Source: Pseudobdellovibrionaceae bacterium (lineage in GTDB: Bacteria; Bdellovibrionota; Bdellovibrionia; Bdellovibrionales; Bdellovibrionaceae). Taken from it: a stretch of 64,000 nt of DNA. The position numbers and the translations under genes are program-made. The stretch is from contig JAYTJV010000005.1 of assembly GCA_043730825.1 (NCBI GenBank), positions 4,402-68,401 on the forward strand, written 5' to 3'. Below the pieces are notes generated by a model that saw only the letters and a program-made list of their open reading frames with translations, made no database searches and was not told the origin of the DNA. Positions 39,564 through 49,047 of the stretch are shown piece after piece. Each line of letters starts with the position of its first letter. Within the stretch, counting starts at the first letter, position 1.

Positions 39564-39578
39564 AGTGAAATTTTCACT
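39564..39578. promoter_or_regulatory. 15-bp palindrome, candidate enhancer-binding-protein site
   Basis: AGTGAAAtTTTCACT lies about 130-140 bp upstream (minus-strand sense) of the -24/-12-like element. Confidence 0.3.
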
Positions 39579-39607
39579 GGACCGGTAGAACGTTAAGCTA
39601 TCTCCGC

Positions 39608-39644
39608 AAAAAGAAAAAGCCCTAAGTTTTGAGCTTAGGGCTTT
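39608..39644 (-). terminator. rho-independent terminator after the sigma-54 activator gene
   Basis: 11-bp stem AAAGCCCTAAG (39616-39626) / CTTAGGGCTTT (39634-39644) with a 7-nt loop, followed on the minus strand by TTTTTCTTTTT. Confidence 0.7.
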
Positions 39645-39731
39645 CAAGTTTTAAGGGAGAGGCGATTAAGGCGACACCTACCAATGACACGGCGTCACTG
39701 GTAATGTACGCGGGCTGCGTGCCCTGTCACA

Positions 39732-41312
39732 TTAGCGAGCGAGCTTTCGTTTATCGAGGCCGTACTTTTCGACCTTCATGATGAGACCTGCGCGGGAAAT
39801 ACCTAATTCTTTTGCAAGTTTAGATTTGTTCCAGCCAGTGCGACGTAATCCTTCGCGGATCATTTCGCGTTCTAAATCTTCCAATGCATCTTTTAACTTA
39901 CCTTGTAAACGAGCGCCTTGAACTTTTGTTTTTTCCGAAGACTCTAAGATCTTACCAGAAAGATGTTCAGCCATAAGCTTAGTCTCTTCGCCAGATAGAA
40001 CAAACAAGCGCTCAATTTCATTTTGCAATTCTCGAACGTTACCTGGCCATGCGTAATCATAAAGTTTTTCCAAAGCACGCTTTGTTAAAACTTTTTTAGA
40101 CGCTGTCGGGTGAACATCATGAAGTTTAGCTAAGAAAAATTCTACTAGATAAGGGATATCTTCTTTTCTTTCCCGAAGAGGTGGAACGCGAATGTTGATG
40201 ACATTCAAACGGTAGTACAAATCTTCTCGGAATGTACCAGCTTCAACCATCTCTTTTAAGTTTCTATTTGTAGCGGCAACGATTCTAACATCAACGCGCC
40301 TAGCTTCTGTTGCTCCGACCGGAGTAAATGTTCCTTCTTGAAGAACGCGTAGAAGCTTTACTTGCATCTGCGGAGAGGTATCACCGATCTCGTCTAGGAA
40401 GAATGTTCCTTTATCAGCGATTTCGAAAAGACCTTTTTTATCTTTAAGAGCGCCAGTAAACGAACCCTTCGTGTGACCGAATAATTCTGATTCTAACAAG
40501 TTATCATTAAAAGCAGAACAGTTCTGAAGAACAAATGGTTTGTCATGGCGATGAGAGTTATAGTGAATCGACTTTGCAATCAATTCTTTACCAGTTCCAT
40601 TTTCACCCTGAACCATAACTGTTGAATCGGCACCTTTAATTTTATCTAATAAGGCGTACAAAGATTGCATAGGCTTAGATTTACCGATCATGTTGTCGTA
40701 CTTAAATCTGTTACCTAATTCTTTGTTCAATTCCTGAATTCGGATTTCACGAGAAGAAATCTCTACGTGAAGGGTCACGATCTCTTGAGCTACTAATTCA
40801 CAAAGTTCGCTGAAGTGAGTTCTGTCGTAATCACTTAGACATTTTACCTTGCCCATACCTTTTTCAATCATGTCATTAGATAAGCCAAATGCAGCCCATC
40901 TTTCACGGATTTCTGTGAAACGATTTGAATCGGCTGGATCTTTTAAAAATCCCATCGCAACAACTGTTCCAACCATGTCGTTTTCGATCATGATAGGAAA
41001 AATTCCTACGTCAAAGCCAGTAACATCCCACTTTTTAATAGCGAAATTATTTTGCGATACTCTTAATTCATCAATCGTCTTAGCGACTAATTCGCCAATC
41101 CCTTGTTGCGCAGACTCTTTCGAGCAATAAAAGCCAACAGCTGGATTGCAGAATGCCTGCTTGCCACCATCGAAACCTTTTAGCTGTCCACGTTCGTCGG
41201 TGAAAATAACATCGATATTCCACCAAGTGTTGAGGATTTGCTTTAACTTTTTGATCACATGTATATGTTCAAATTCATCCCAATTGATCATCGACATATT
41301 CAACTCCCTCAT
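39732..41312 (-). CDS. sigma-54-dependent transcriptional activator with PocR-like sensory N-domain
   Basis: AAA+ core GENGTGKELIAKSIH, ESELFGHTKGSFTGA (GAFTGA variant), GTFFLDEIGD, VRIVAATNRNL. C-terminal Fis-type HTH NKSKLAKELGISRAGL. The N-terminal roughly 190 aa resemble a PocR domain (conserved FC...C pattern). Confidence 0.9.
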   Translation of the reverse strand: MRELNMSMINWDEFEHIHVIKKLKQILNTWWNIDVIFTDERGQLKGFDGGKQAFCNPAVGFYCSKESAQQGIGELVAKTIDELRVSQNNFAIKKWDVTGFDVGIFPIMIENDMVGTVVAMGFLKDPADSNRFTEIRERWAAFGLSNDMIEKGMGKVKCLSDYDRTHFSELCELVAQEIVTLHVEISSREIRIQELNKELGNRFKYDNMIGKSKPMQSLYALLDKIKGADSTVMVQGENGTGKELIAKSIHYNSHRHDKPFVLQNCSAFNDNLLESELFGHTKGSFTGALKDKKGLFEIADKGTFFLDEIGDTSPQMQVKLLRVLQEGTFTPVGATEARRVDVRIVAATNRNLKEMVEAGTFREDLYYRLNVINIRVPPLRERKEDIPYLVEFFLAKLHDVHPTASKKVLTKRALEKLYDYAWPGNVRELQNEIERLFVLSGEETKLMAEHLSGKILESSEKTKVQGARLQGKLKDALEDLEREMIREGLRRTGWNKSKLAKELGISRAGLIMKVEKYGLDKRKLAR

Positions 41313-41449
41313 TGTATAGCTGACTAATTACAGTACACATATCGTCCAATCTTTTGACGGACTTTACGGTTGAAGGGAAAATGCTGTCGTTTTTCTGGTC
41401 AATTCTATAATAAATCTGAAGAGTGTTTCAATCCGAAACGCGACCTGTA

Positions 41450-43180
41450 TCAGGTTGAGGCAATATGATTCTGTAACGTATAAAATTTGAAGTATTCACC
41501 CTGACTTTTAAGCAAAGTCTCGTGGTTTCCCATCTCAGCGATACGCCCAGATTTAAGGACTACTATGCGGTCACAGTTCTGAACTGTAGATAATCTATGA
41601 GCAATTACAATCGCTGTACGGCCTTCCATAAGCGAATTCAAACCCTTCTGAACCTCGACCTCACTTTGGCTATCAAGTGCACTGGTCGCTTCATCTAATA
41701 TAAGGATCGGAGCATCTTTAATGAACGCCCGGGCAATACTAATTCTTTGTTTTTCGCCACCAGATAATAAGCCACCACGGTCACCGACTTGAGAATCATA
41801 CTGATACTTCAATCGGCTAATAAAGTCTTGTGCATGGGCCTTTTGAGCCATCGTTTTGACGAGATCTTTTGATTTTGCGAAATTTCCTGACCAAATATTA
41901 TTTTCGACCGAATCACGAAGTAAGAATACGTCTTGGGAAACTAAGCCGATATTTTTGCGAAGCTCGGCAACGTCTAAGGCTTTAAGCGAAACTCCATCAA
42001 TTGTAATCTCACCTTGAGTGGGATCATAAAAGCGCTCGAGTAAATTTGCGATGGTTGATTTGCCACTGCCACTTTCGCCAATGAGTGCAACAGTCTCGCC
42101 TTTTTTGATTTCGAGATTAAAATTCTCAAGAACCTGGTGGTGCCCGTAAGAAAAAGAAACATTTTTGAATTCAATCTTGTTCCAATTCTTAGGGAAGGCA
42201 ACAGGTGTCAAAGACATTTTTAATTCTGAAGGCTGATCTAAAATTTGATGAATTCTTTCTGTTGCGACAACAGTCTCTTGTATCCTTAAATAGCTTTCTT
42301 GAAACTTCTTAATGGGCTGATTAACTGTAAGCATAGAAGCAATATAAGCTAAAACATCACCAACGGTGGCTTCGCCTCTTGAAATAGCGGCGGCGAAGTA
42401 AAAGAAAATTCCTAAGATCACGCAAGTTGCAACAAATTCTGTAACGGGACCCATCACTTCTACACGTGCATGTACTTTTTTGCGTAACCCGAAATAAAAG
42501 TCAGATTCGGTCTTTAATTTGTTTTCAAGAACGGGCTCTAGGTTAAAAGATTGAATAGTTCTTACGCCATCTAGGCTTTCTTTAATCGTCGCAGAAATCT
42601 TTTCTAAATTTTCCTGACCATTGCGAACGTACTTCCGCAAGCTTTTAGAAATCTGTCTTAAGAAAAAGATAATAATTGGAGCAATTAAAATAATCATGAG
42701 AGTAAGTCTAGAATTCAGAGCAAATAAATTATAAATCAAGAATACTGCTAGCAAGGGTTCGCGAAAGATGTCCGCAACCATTCGTAAGCCATGTTGAATG
42801 ACGTTAATATCATTCATAATGCGGCTCATAAGACCACCGGAACCAGAGGCATATTCAGCATGAAACTTGAGGTCCATACTGAGGAACTTCTTTTGTAGTC
42901 TTTGTCTGAATTGATTTACGACTTGTTCAGCAGTGATATTCATTAAATAAATATGAAAGTATCTACTGATCGCAACTGTTAATGCTAAAGCCAGAACCGT
43001 TAAAGTGACTTCTTGAATCCGATTCGGACTCCCAGATCTGAAGGAAGCTTCAATATCTTTCACCATGTACATAAGTCTTGCTAAGCAAGCGGCGTAAAGA
43101 ACGCCCGTAATAGCAATAACAATAACACGTTTCCAGTGCGGTTTTACTTCAACCAAAATTTTCTTAATTTGATCAATCAT
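41450..43180 (-). CDS. ABC exporter, fused permease/ATPase (MsbA-like half transporter)
   Basis: Six-TM N-domain, Walker [36 protein letters not shown]. The ATG overlaps the upstream stop as ATGA at 43180. Confidence 0.9.
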   Translation of the reverse strand: MIDQIKKILVEVKPHWKRVIVIAITGVLYAACLARLMYMVKDIEASFRSGSPNRIQEVTLTVLALALTVAISRYFHIYLMNITAEQVVNQFRQRLQKKFLSMDLKFHAEYASGSGGLMSRIMNDINVIQHGLRMVADIFREPLLAVFLIYNLFALNSRLTLMIILIAPIIIFFLRQISKSLRKYVRNGQENLEKISATIKESLDGVRTIQSFNLEPVLENKLKTESDFYFGLRKKVHARVEVMGPVTEFVATCVILGIFFYFAAAISRGEATVGDVLAYIASMLTVNQPIKKFQESYLRIQETVVATERIHQILDQPSELKMSLTPVAFPKNWNKIEFKNVSFSYGHHQVLENFNLEIKKGETVALIGESGSGKSTIANLLERFYDPTQGEITIDGVSLKALDVAELRKNIGLVSQDVFLLRDSVENNIWSGNFAKSKDLVKTMAQKAHAQDFISRLKYQYDSQVGDRGGLLSGGEKQRISIARAFIKDAPILILDEATSALDSQSEVEVQKGLNSLMEGRTAIVIAHRLSTVQNCDRIVVLKSGRIAEMGNHETLLKSQGEYFKFYTLQNHIAST

Positions 43181-46107
43181 CAGCCACTAATGTAACGCTT
43201 GAGGAACTGCCCAGTCAGGCTTTTTTTCACCTTTATGACGTCTTCCGGTGAGCCTTGAGCAACAAGATAGCCGCCTTTTTGGCCAGCTTCGGGACCTAAA
43301 TCAATTACGTAGTCAGCTTGGCGGATCACGTCTTGATTATGCTCTACCAAAATTACGCTGCTGCCAGCTTCGATCAACTTATTGAGAACTTTCATAAGTA
43401 AGTCGACTTCTTTAAAATGAAGGCCGGTTGTTGGCTCGTCTAAGATATAAAGAGTCGCTTTTTGATTCGATTCAGTCAGTTCTTTTGCAATCTTGAGCCG
43501 CTGAGATTCGCCGCCGCTTAAGGAATTAGCGGGTTGGCCTAGCTGAATGTAATCTAAACCCACTTCTTTTAGGACACTTAAGGGTTTTCGTATATTTGGA
43601 TGAGCTACAAAGAAATCAAGTCCCTCTTTGATTGTCATCGATAGGATCTGAAAAATATTTTTCCCGTACAGTTGAACCTCTAGGATTTCAGGACGAAATT
43701 TCTTCGAGTCACAGACATCGCAAGGTAAAATGACATTATCCATGAACATCATATCGATTTCTTCATAGCCAGTCCCTTTGCAAGAAGGACATCGGCCGCC
43801 ATCGACATTTAAGCTAAAAGTTCCAGGAGTGTATCCGCGGGATTTAGATTCTGGAATATTTGCCATCAAAGTTCTAATAGCATCGAAAGCTTTTAAGTAA
43901 GTAACTGGATTAGACCTGGCCGATTTTCCAATCGCACCCTGATCAACTAGGATAACATTTTTAATGTTATCGACGCCTTCGATTTCCTTAAAAGGTTGAG
44001 AAGGTAGGAACTCAATCTCTAATTTCCGAGCTAAGGCAGGGTACAAAGTTTTAGTCACAAGCGTTGATTTGCCTGATCCGCTAACTCCAGTGACAACAAC
44101 CATTCGGTTTAATGGAAACACCACATCGATATTTTTTAAATTATGTCCTGTGCTGCCTTTTAAAGTGAGCTTGTACTTAAAATTATCAATATTCACCGGA
44201 CGAGGTTCTTTTAGCGAATGATACTGCTTTCCAGGCTTTACGAATTGAGCAGTATTTGAAGTTGTAGATTTCATAAACAGAGAGGTCGCGCCTTCAAATA
44301 CAATTTCGCCACCCAAAGATCCAGAACCTGGCCCCATTTCAATAATGTGCTCGCTGCTTTGAATTACATCGTGATCATGTTCAACAACGACTAATGTGTT
44401 ACCCAGCTCTTTTAGTTCTTTTAGAATGCTAATCAGTCGATCATTATCGCGGGGATGAAGTCCAACAGTTGGCTCGTCTAATACATAAAGTGCTTGAGAT
44501 AAGCCCATGCCTAATTGATTTGCTAAAACTAAGCGCTGGTATTCTCCACCTGATAAAGTTCTGGTTTCACGACTTAACGTTAAGTAGTGAACTCCCACAC
44601 GCATTAGAAAGCTTAGTCGAGCACGAAGTTGCTTTAAGACTTCTGGTACAACTTCTTCCCGCTGCTTCGTTAATTTTAGATTCGCAAACCAATCGCACAA
44701 AGCTTCGATTGTAATCTGACTTAACTGATGAATATTTTTACCATCAATTAAAATATGTTCAACTTCTGATCTAAGTCTTGAACCTTTACATTCCGGGCAA
44801 AGCGAAGCACTTCGATAGCGGGAGATAAACACGCGAACGTGCATTTTGTATTTAATTTGATCGAGATATTCAAAAAGTCCCTTAACACCGTAGAAATCGT
44901 CGTTACCATTCCAAATCATGTCTCTTTGATTTTTCGGCAAGTCTTTCCACGGAGTCGAAAGGCTAATCTTTTGTTTTTTACAAAATGCGAACAGCGCCTT
45001 TTTATCAGTCTCAGCAGAGGGCATTGTAAATGGATTTAAAGCACCTTGCTGAACACTCAAATTAGAATTCGGAATGACTTTGTTTTCATCGATTTCAAGA
45101 ATGTTTCCAAAACCCTTACACGTCGGGCATGCACCAAGAGGTGAGTTAAAACTAAAAAGTCGCGAAGTGATTTGCGGTGGATTCCAACCACATTCAGGAC
45201 AGGCCGGTTCTTCGCTGATAGGAATCAATTCACCGGTTGAAAGTAATAGCGAACATTTTCGAGAAGTAATATGAGTATTAAACTTTATACTAGCTTCATA
45301 GGCTTGTTGAAACGAGTCAGCCAAACGACCACGATCAGCTTTTGAAAAGGCCATTCGGTCGATCACAAGATAGAATGTTTCTTCAGGTAAGCCTTTTTTA
45401 ATTATCGCCGGATCACTGATTTCAACTATTTCACCTTCCACATTTTTTTCATGAGGCTTTTCAGCAAGCTTTTCTAAAGTAGCATTTATTGTTGCTTCAG
45501 CTTTTTTAGCAGTCTTAGAGACTTTTTTGACGGTTGTTTTAACGTTCGACTTGGCTTTTCGAGTCGGAACAAAAATTCTTAAGTAACCATCTTGCAAAAG
45601 CAGAGAATGAAGTTTTTTGCCTTCAGCCAATCTACCATCGTCTGGAACTTCAACCAAAATTGTTCCGCGCTGACCTTCGTACTTGTTCAAAATTCTTTCT
45701 GTCGCTTCAGTCACGGTCTGCTTTTCAGCTGGCGTATGATGAATCGGGCAGTGGGGAACTCCGACTTTTTCAAAAAGGAGTCGCATGTAATCAACAAGTT
45801 CTGTTGTCGTACCGACAGTTGATCTACTGCTTTTAACTGTATTTTTTTGTTCAATCGAAATACTTGGCGGAATATTTTCCACACCTTCGATATCAGGCTT
45901 TGGAGCTTTATTTAAAAATTGCCTAGCGTAATTGGACATGCTTTCGATAAAGCGTCGCTGTCCTTCAGCAAACAGTGTTTCAAAGGCAAGAGAACTCTTG
46001 CCCGAACCAGAAGGGCCACACACCACTGTGAAAGATCCCAGTGGAATTTTCACATCGATATTTTTTAAATTATTTTGTTTCACACCCCAGAGGTGGATTT
46101 CCTTCAC
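43180..46107 (-). CDS. UvrA-family excinuclease ABC subunit A-like ATPase (divergent)
   Basis: NNLKNIDVKIPLGSFTVVCGPSGSGKSSLAFETLFAEGQRRF, zinc modules (CPECG...CPTCKGFG; CPECKGSR; CPSCKGTG...CDVC), two ABC signatures LSGGEYQRL and LSGGESQRL. 975 aa. Confidence 0.85.
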   Translation of the reverse strand: MKEIHLWGVKQNNLKNIDVKIPLGSFTVVCGPSGSGKSSLAFETLFAEGQRRFIESMSNYARQFLNKAPKPDIEGVENIPPSISIEQKNTVKSSRSTVGTTTELVDYMRLLFEKVGVPHCPIHHTPAEKQTVTEATERILNKYEGQRGTILVEVPDDGRLAEGKKLHSLLLQDGYLRIFVPTRKAKSNVKTTVKKVSKTAKKAEATINATLEKLAEKPHEKNVEGEIVEISDPAIIKKGLPEETFYLVIDRMAFSKADRGRLADSFQQAYEASIKFNTHITSRKCSLLLSTGELIPISEEPACPECGWNPPQITSRLFSFNSPLGACPTCKGFGNILEIDENKVIPNSNLSVQQGALNPFTMPSAETDKKALFAFCKKQKISLSTPWKDLPKNQRDMIWNGNDDFYGVKGLFEYLDQIKYKMHVRVFISRYRSASLCPECKGSRLRSEVEHILIDGKNIHQLSQITIEALCDWFANLKLTKQREEVVPEVLKQLRARLSFLMRVGVHYLTLSRETRTLSGGEYQRLVLANQLGMGLSQALYVLDEPTVGLHPRDNDRLISILKELKELGNTLVVVEHDHDVIQSSEHIIEMGPGSGSLGGEIVFEGATSLFMKSTTSNTAQFVKPGKQYHSLKEPRPVNIDNFKYKLTLKGSTGHNLKNIDVVFPLNRMVVVTGVSGSGKSTLVTKTLYPALARKLEIEFLPSQPFKEIEGVDNIKNVILVDQGAIGKSARSNPVTYLKAFDAIRTLMANIPESKSRGYTPGTFSLNVDGGRCPSCKGTGYEEIDMMFMDNVILPCDVCDSKKFRPEILEVQLYGKNIFQILSMTIKEGLDFFVAHPNIRKPLSVLKEVGLDYIQLGQPANSLSGGESQRLKIAKELTESNQKATLYILDEPTTGLHFKEVDLLMKVLNKLIEAGSSVILVEHNQDVIRQADYVIDLGPEAGQKGGYLVAQGSPEDVIKVKKSLTGQFLKRYISG

Positions 46108-46123
46108 TGTGTTTCATCCCGGA

Positions 46124-48817
46124 TTAAAAATCCTGTTTCAAGAAGTCACTGTTTTCTTGCTCTTTATTGGAGCTTGTCGTGGGCTCGGTGCCCTCGAGAT
46201 ATGCTTGCTTTGCAACTCGCTTAGAGTCTGCATTTGCTAGCTTACCCGTATCTCCGTCTATGTTGGCAAAAACAATACCTTCCGGCACTGGTAATGTCAT
46301 CTGAGGAAGTTGCTCATGAGCGCTTTTCATGTAGTCGACCCAAATTGGTAGCGCAGATCGTCCACCAACTTCTCCACGGCCAAGACTACGTTCTTTATCA
46401 AAGCCAACCCACACACCAGTAGAGACTTGTGCTGAATAACCAATAAACCACGCGTCATAGTAACCGTTAGTTGTGCCGGTTTTACCAGCGACATCGCGGC
46501 CCAGAGCCCGGGCTCTTGCGCCTGTTCCGTGAGGATCATCAACAACACCTTTAAGTAAACTTGTCATGATGTAGGCAGTTTGAGGTTTAATCAGCTGATC
46601 AGGATCTGTGAAAAATAAATGTGGAATAAGTTTCTTCGTAGCTTTTGCCGTACCATCTGCTGGCAAATCTGCTTTTGCCACACCTTCTTGATTAACAGGT
46701 TCTGCATTCGCAGAGACGGCAGCAGGTGAATTAACGAAAGCAATCCGTTTTTCTTCAAATTCTTTTTCTAGCGGAGCAATGTCTTTTTCAAAACGAACAT
46801 CTAGCGAAACTCTTTCGAGCAAAACTTTTCCAGTGTGGTCTTTAACTTCTTTGATCACTATCGGACGAAGTCTTTTTCCAAGTCTTCCAAATTGAGCAAA
46901 AGCTTTTGTCATTTCGTAAAGAGTCACAGAACTTGAGCCCAATGCTAAAGTGAAATCCATATTCAGCGGACTAAAAATTCCAAGACGTTTTGCATAGTCT
47001 GCTGACCAGTGAACTCCAACATCTTCAATAATTTTCACAGTTGGAACATTGAGAGATTGAACGAGTGCGTTTCTAAAAGTAATTTCGCCGCTAAATTCCC
47101 GGCTGTTATTAGCTGGCTTCCAAACTTTAGTTTCTTCTTGGCCTTCTTCGTCCTGTTGTTTTTCTTCGTAAACAATTGGAACGTCCATCACCGGAGTCGA
47201 AGGATTATAGCCCTTATCCAGTGCCGCAGCATAAACGATTGCCTTAAATGACGACCCAGTTTGTCTTGCGGCTTGAAGCGCGCGATTAAATTCATTTCGT
47301 CTAAAATCGTACCCGCCTACAAGCGAAAGCAATTCTTGAGTCTGTTGATCAAAAGAAACTAGGGCGCCTTCAACTAAAGGTTCTTGATCAAGCTGAACAT
47401 TCAAGTAACTTGATAAATCAATTTTAGGCTTCACCTTTATTTTTGGATCTTTAAATTTAGTAAGTTCGACTTTGTCAGAAGTAAGTGAAACGGAAACCAC
47501 ATCTCCAATTTTTAATGCAGCTGAGGGTTTCGTGATCTGGGCATTTTCTGCTTTTACTTCTGGATTCGGCTTTCTGGCCCATTTCATACTTTCAAAATCA
47601 ATAATGCCTTCAGCGCCAGGAAGTTGAACGACTACATATCCGTCCACATCGTTTACTTCTTTAACTATTGAAACATAGCTTTCTTTGAGTTTCATGTAGC
47701 CCGGAATCTTTGTACCAGCCGCCAAGACTTCTTCTGCCAACTGAACTTCGGCAAACTGGCCATCCGGCAAAATTGTTCTTAACGGATTTGCTTCTAAGAT
47801 CAGCTTCGTTCTTTCTTTTTGCAAAAGATCTACAATTTCTTTCTGATCCGTCATACTTTTCAAAGGACCGCGAAAACCTTGACGCTTATCTAGCTCTTTT
47901 AGCCCATTTTTTAATGCTTCCTGAGCTGCAATCTGTTTTGGAAGATCCATCGCAAGTTGAATTGAAATACCTTCATCAAGAACAACTTTTTCCCCCAACT
48001 TATCCACAAGAATCTGACGAACAGTTTCCATATAGAAAGGCGCAAGATCTTCGTAGTTATCCCGGATATAAACTTTCACAGGAAGTTCTGAAGCAACTTT
48101 CGCTTCATCCTTCGTAATAAATCCCACATCCGCCATTCGCTTTAAAACATAAAGCTGACGTTCCTTCGCGCGACTCGGATTCGAAACCGGCGAGTAGCGA
48201 CTCGGCGCCTGCGGAAGTCCCGCTAGAATAGCCGCTTCTTCAACGGTAATGGCATCAATAGACTTTTTAAAATAAGTCTGCGAAGCATTCTGAACACCAT
48301 AAGCCCCATGGCCAAAATAAATTTGGTTCAAATAAAGAAAAAGAATTTCCTCTTTTTTTAAATTTTTCTCCATCTCAATTGCAAGTAGAGCTTCACGAAA
48401 TTTACGCATCAAAGTTTTCGTTCGATCCTGAAGCAACAGAGTCTTCGCCAATTGCTGAGTAATCGTCGATCCACCCTGAACAGAATGACCGGCGCGAATA
48501 TTGGCTAAAGTAGCTCGAAGAATTGAACCATAATTAATTCCACCATGCTTAAAAAACTGATCATCTTCCGCCGCTAAAAATGCATTCACTAATTGCGGAG
48601 GCATTTTTTCATAAGGAACTAACGTTCGTCGCTCACGGTAAAATTCACCCACTTTTTTTCCATTACGATCATAAACAGGAGAAACAAGTAGCGGCTTGTA
48701 ATCGGCAACCGAAATAATTTCAGGTAATCCTTTTTTAACGGCTTGAAAGAAAATCAAAGCCGAAGCAATCCCAATAACAAAAAGCGAAACACAAACAAGA
48801 ATAATTTTTTTAGCCAT
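46124..48817 (-). CDS. mrcA: penicillin-binding protein 1A (bifunctional transglycosylase/transpeptidase)
   Basis: GT51 motifs AEDDQFFKHGG and RKFREA..A.E, and transpeptidase motifs SSFK and KTGTT. Start placed at the ATG at 48817 (MAKKIILV...), which has GGAGAA upstream. Confidence 0.9.
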   Translation of the reverse strand: MAKKIILVCVSLFVIGIASALIFFQAVKKGLPEIISVADYKPLLVSPVYDRNGKKVGEFYRERRTLVPYEKMPPQLVNAFLAAEDDQFFKHGGINYGSILRATLANIRAGHSVQGGSTITQQLAKTLLLQDRTKTLMRKFREALLAIEMEKNLKKEEILFLYLNQIYFGHGAYGVQNASQTYFKKSIDAITVEEAAILAGLPQAPSRYSPVSNPSRAKERQLYVLKRMADVGFITKDEAKVASELPVKVYIRDNYEDLAPFYMETVRQILVDKLGEKVVLDEGISIQLAMDLPKQIAAQEALKNGLKELDKRQGFRGPLKSMTDQKEIVDLLQKERTKLILEANPLRTILPDGQFAEVQLAEEVLAAGTKIPGYMKLKESYVSIVKEVNDVDGYVVVQLPGAEGIIDFESMKWARKPNPEVKAENAQITKPSAALKIGDVVSVSLTSDKVELTKFKDPKIKVKPKIDLSSYLNVQLDQEPLVEGALVSFDQQTQELLSLVGGYDFRRNEFNRALQAARQTGSSFKAIVYAAALDKGYNPSTPVMDVPIVYEEKQQDEEGQEETKVWKPANNSREFSGEITFRNALVQSLNVPTVKIIEDVGVHWSADYAKRLGIFSPLNMDFTLALGSSSVTLYEMTKAFAQFGRLGKRLRPIVIKEVKDHTGKVLLERVSLDVRFEKDIAPLEKEFEEKRIAFVNSPAAVSANAEPVNQEGVAKADLPADGTAKATKKLIPHLFFTDPDQLIKPQTAYIMTSLLKGVVDDPHGTGARARALGRDVAGKTGTTNGYYDAWFIGYSAQVSTGVWVGFDKERSLGRGEVGGRSALPIWVDYMKSAHEQLPQMTLPVPEGIVFANIDGDTGKLANADSKRVAKQAYLEGTEPTTSSNKEQENSDFLKQDF

Positions 48818-48980
48818 ACTTCTCCAGAAAAGGTGAGCCCTGCCGGCAGCCACTCCACTTTTCTTGTCGACGATGCGTCGAAAAGGGTGGAATTACCGCA
48901 GCTAGAAAAGTGTAACAAGGTGGGGAGATGCAGTCACGACTATGAGAGCTGTAATATCAAGAGTCTGGGAGACAAATTTC

Positions 48981-49020
48981 AAACGAAAAAAAATCGCGGC
49001 TCGTTTGGAAGCCGCGATTT
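48981..49020 (-). terminator. rho-independent terminator after the coiled-coil protein gene
   Basis: Perfect 11-bp stem AAATCGCGGCT (48991-49001) / AGCCGCGATTT (49010-49020), followed on the minus strand by a T-run (TTTTTTTTCGTTT). Confidence 0.75.
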
Positions 49021-49047
49021 GCAAGGCACTAGACTTTTGGCGGGAAA

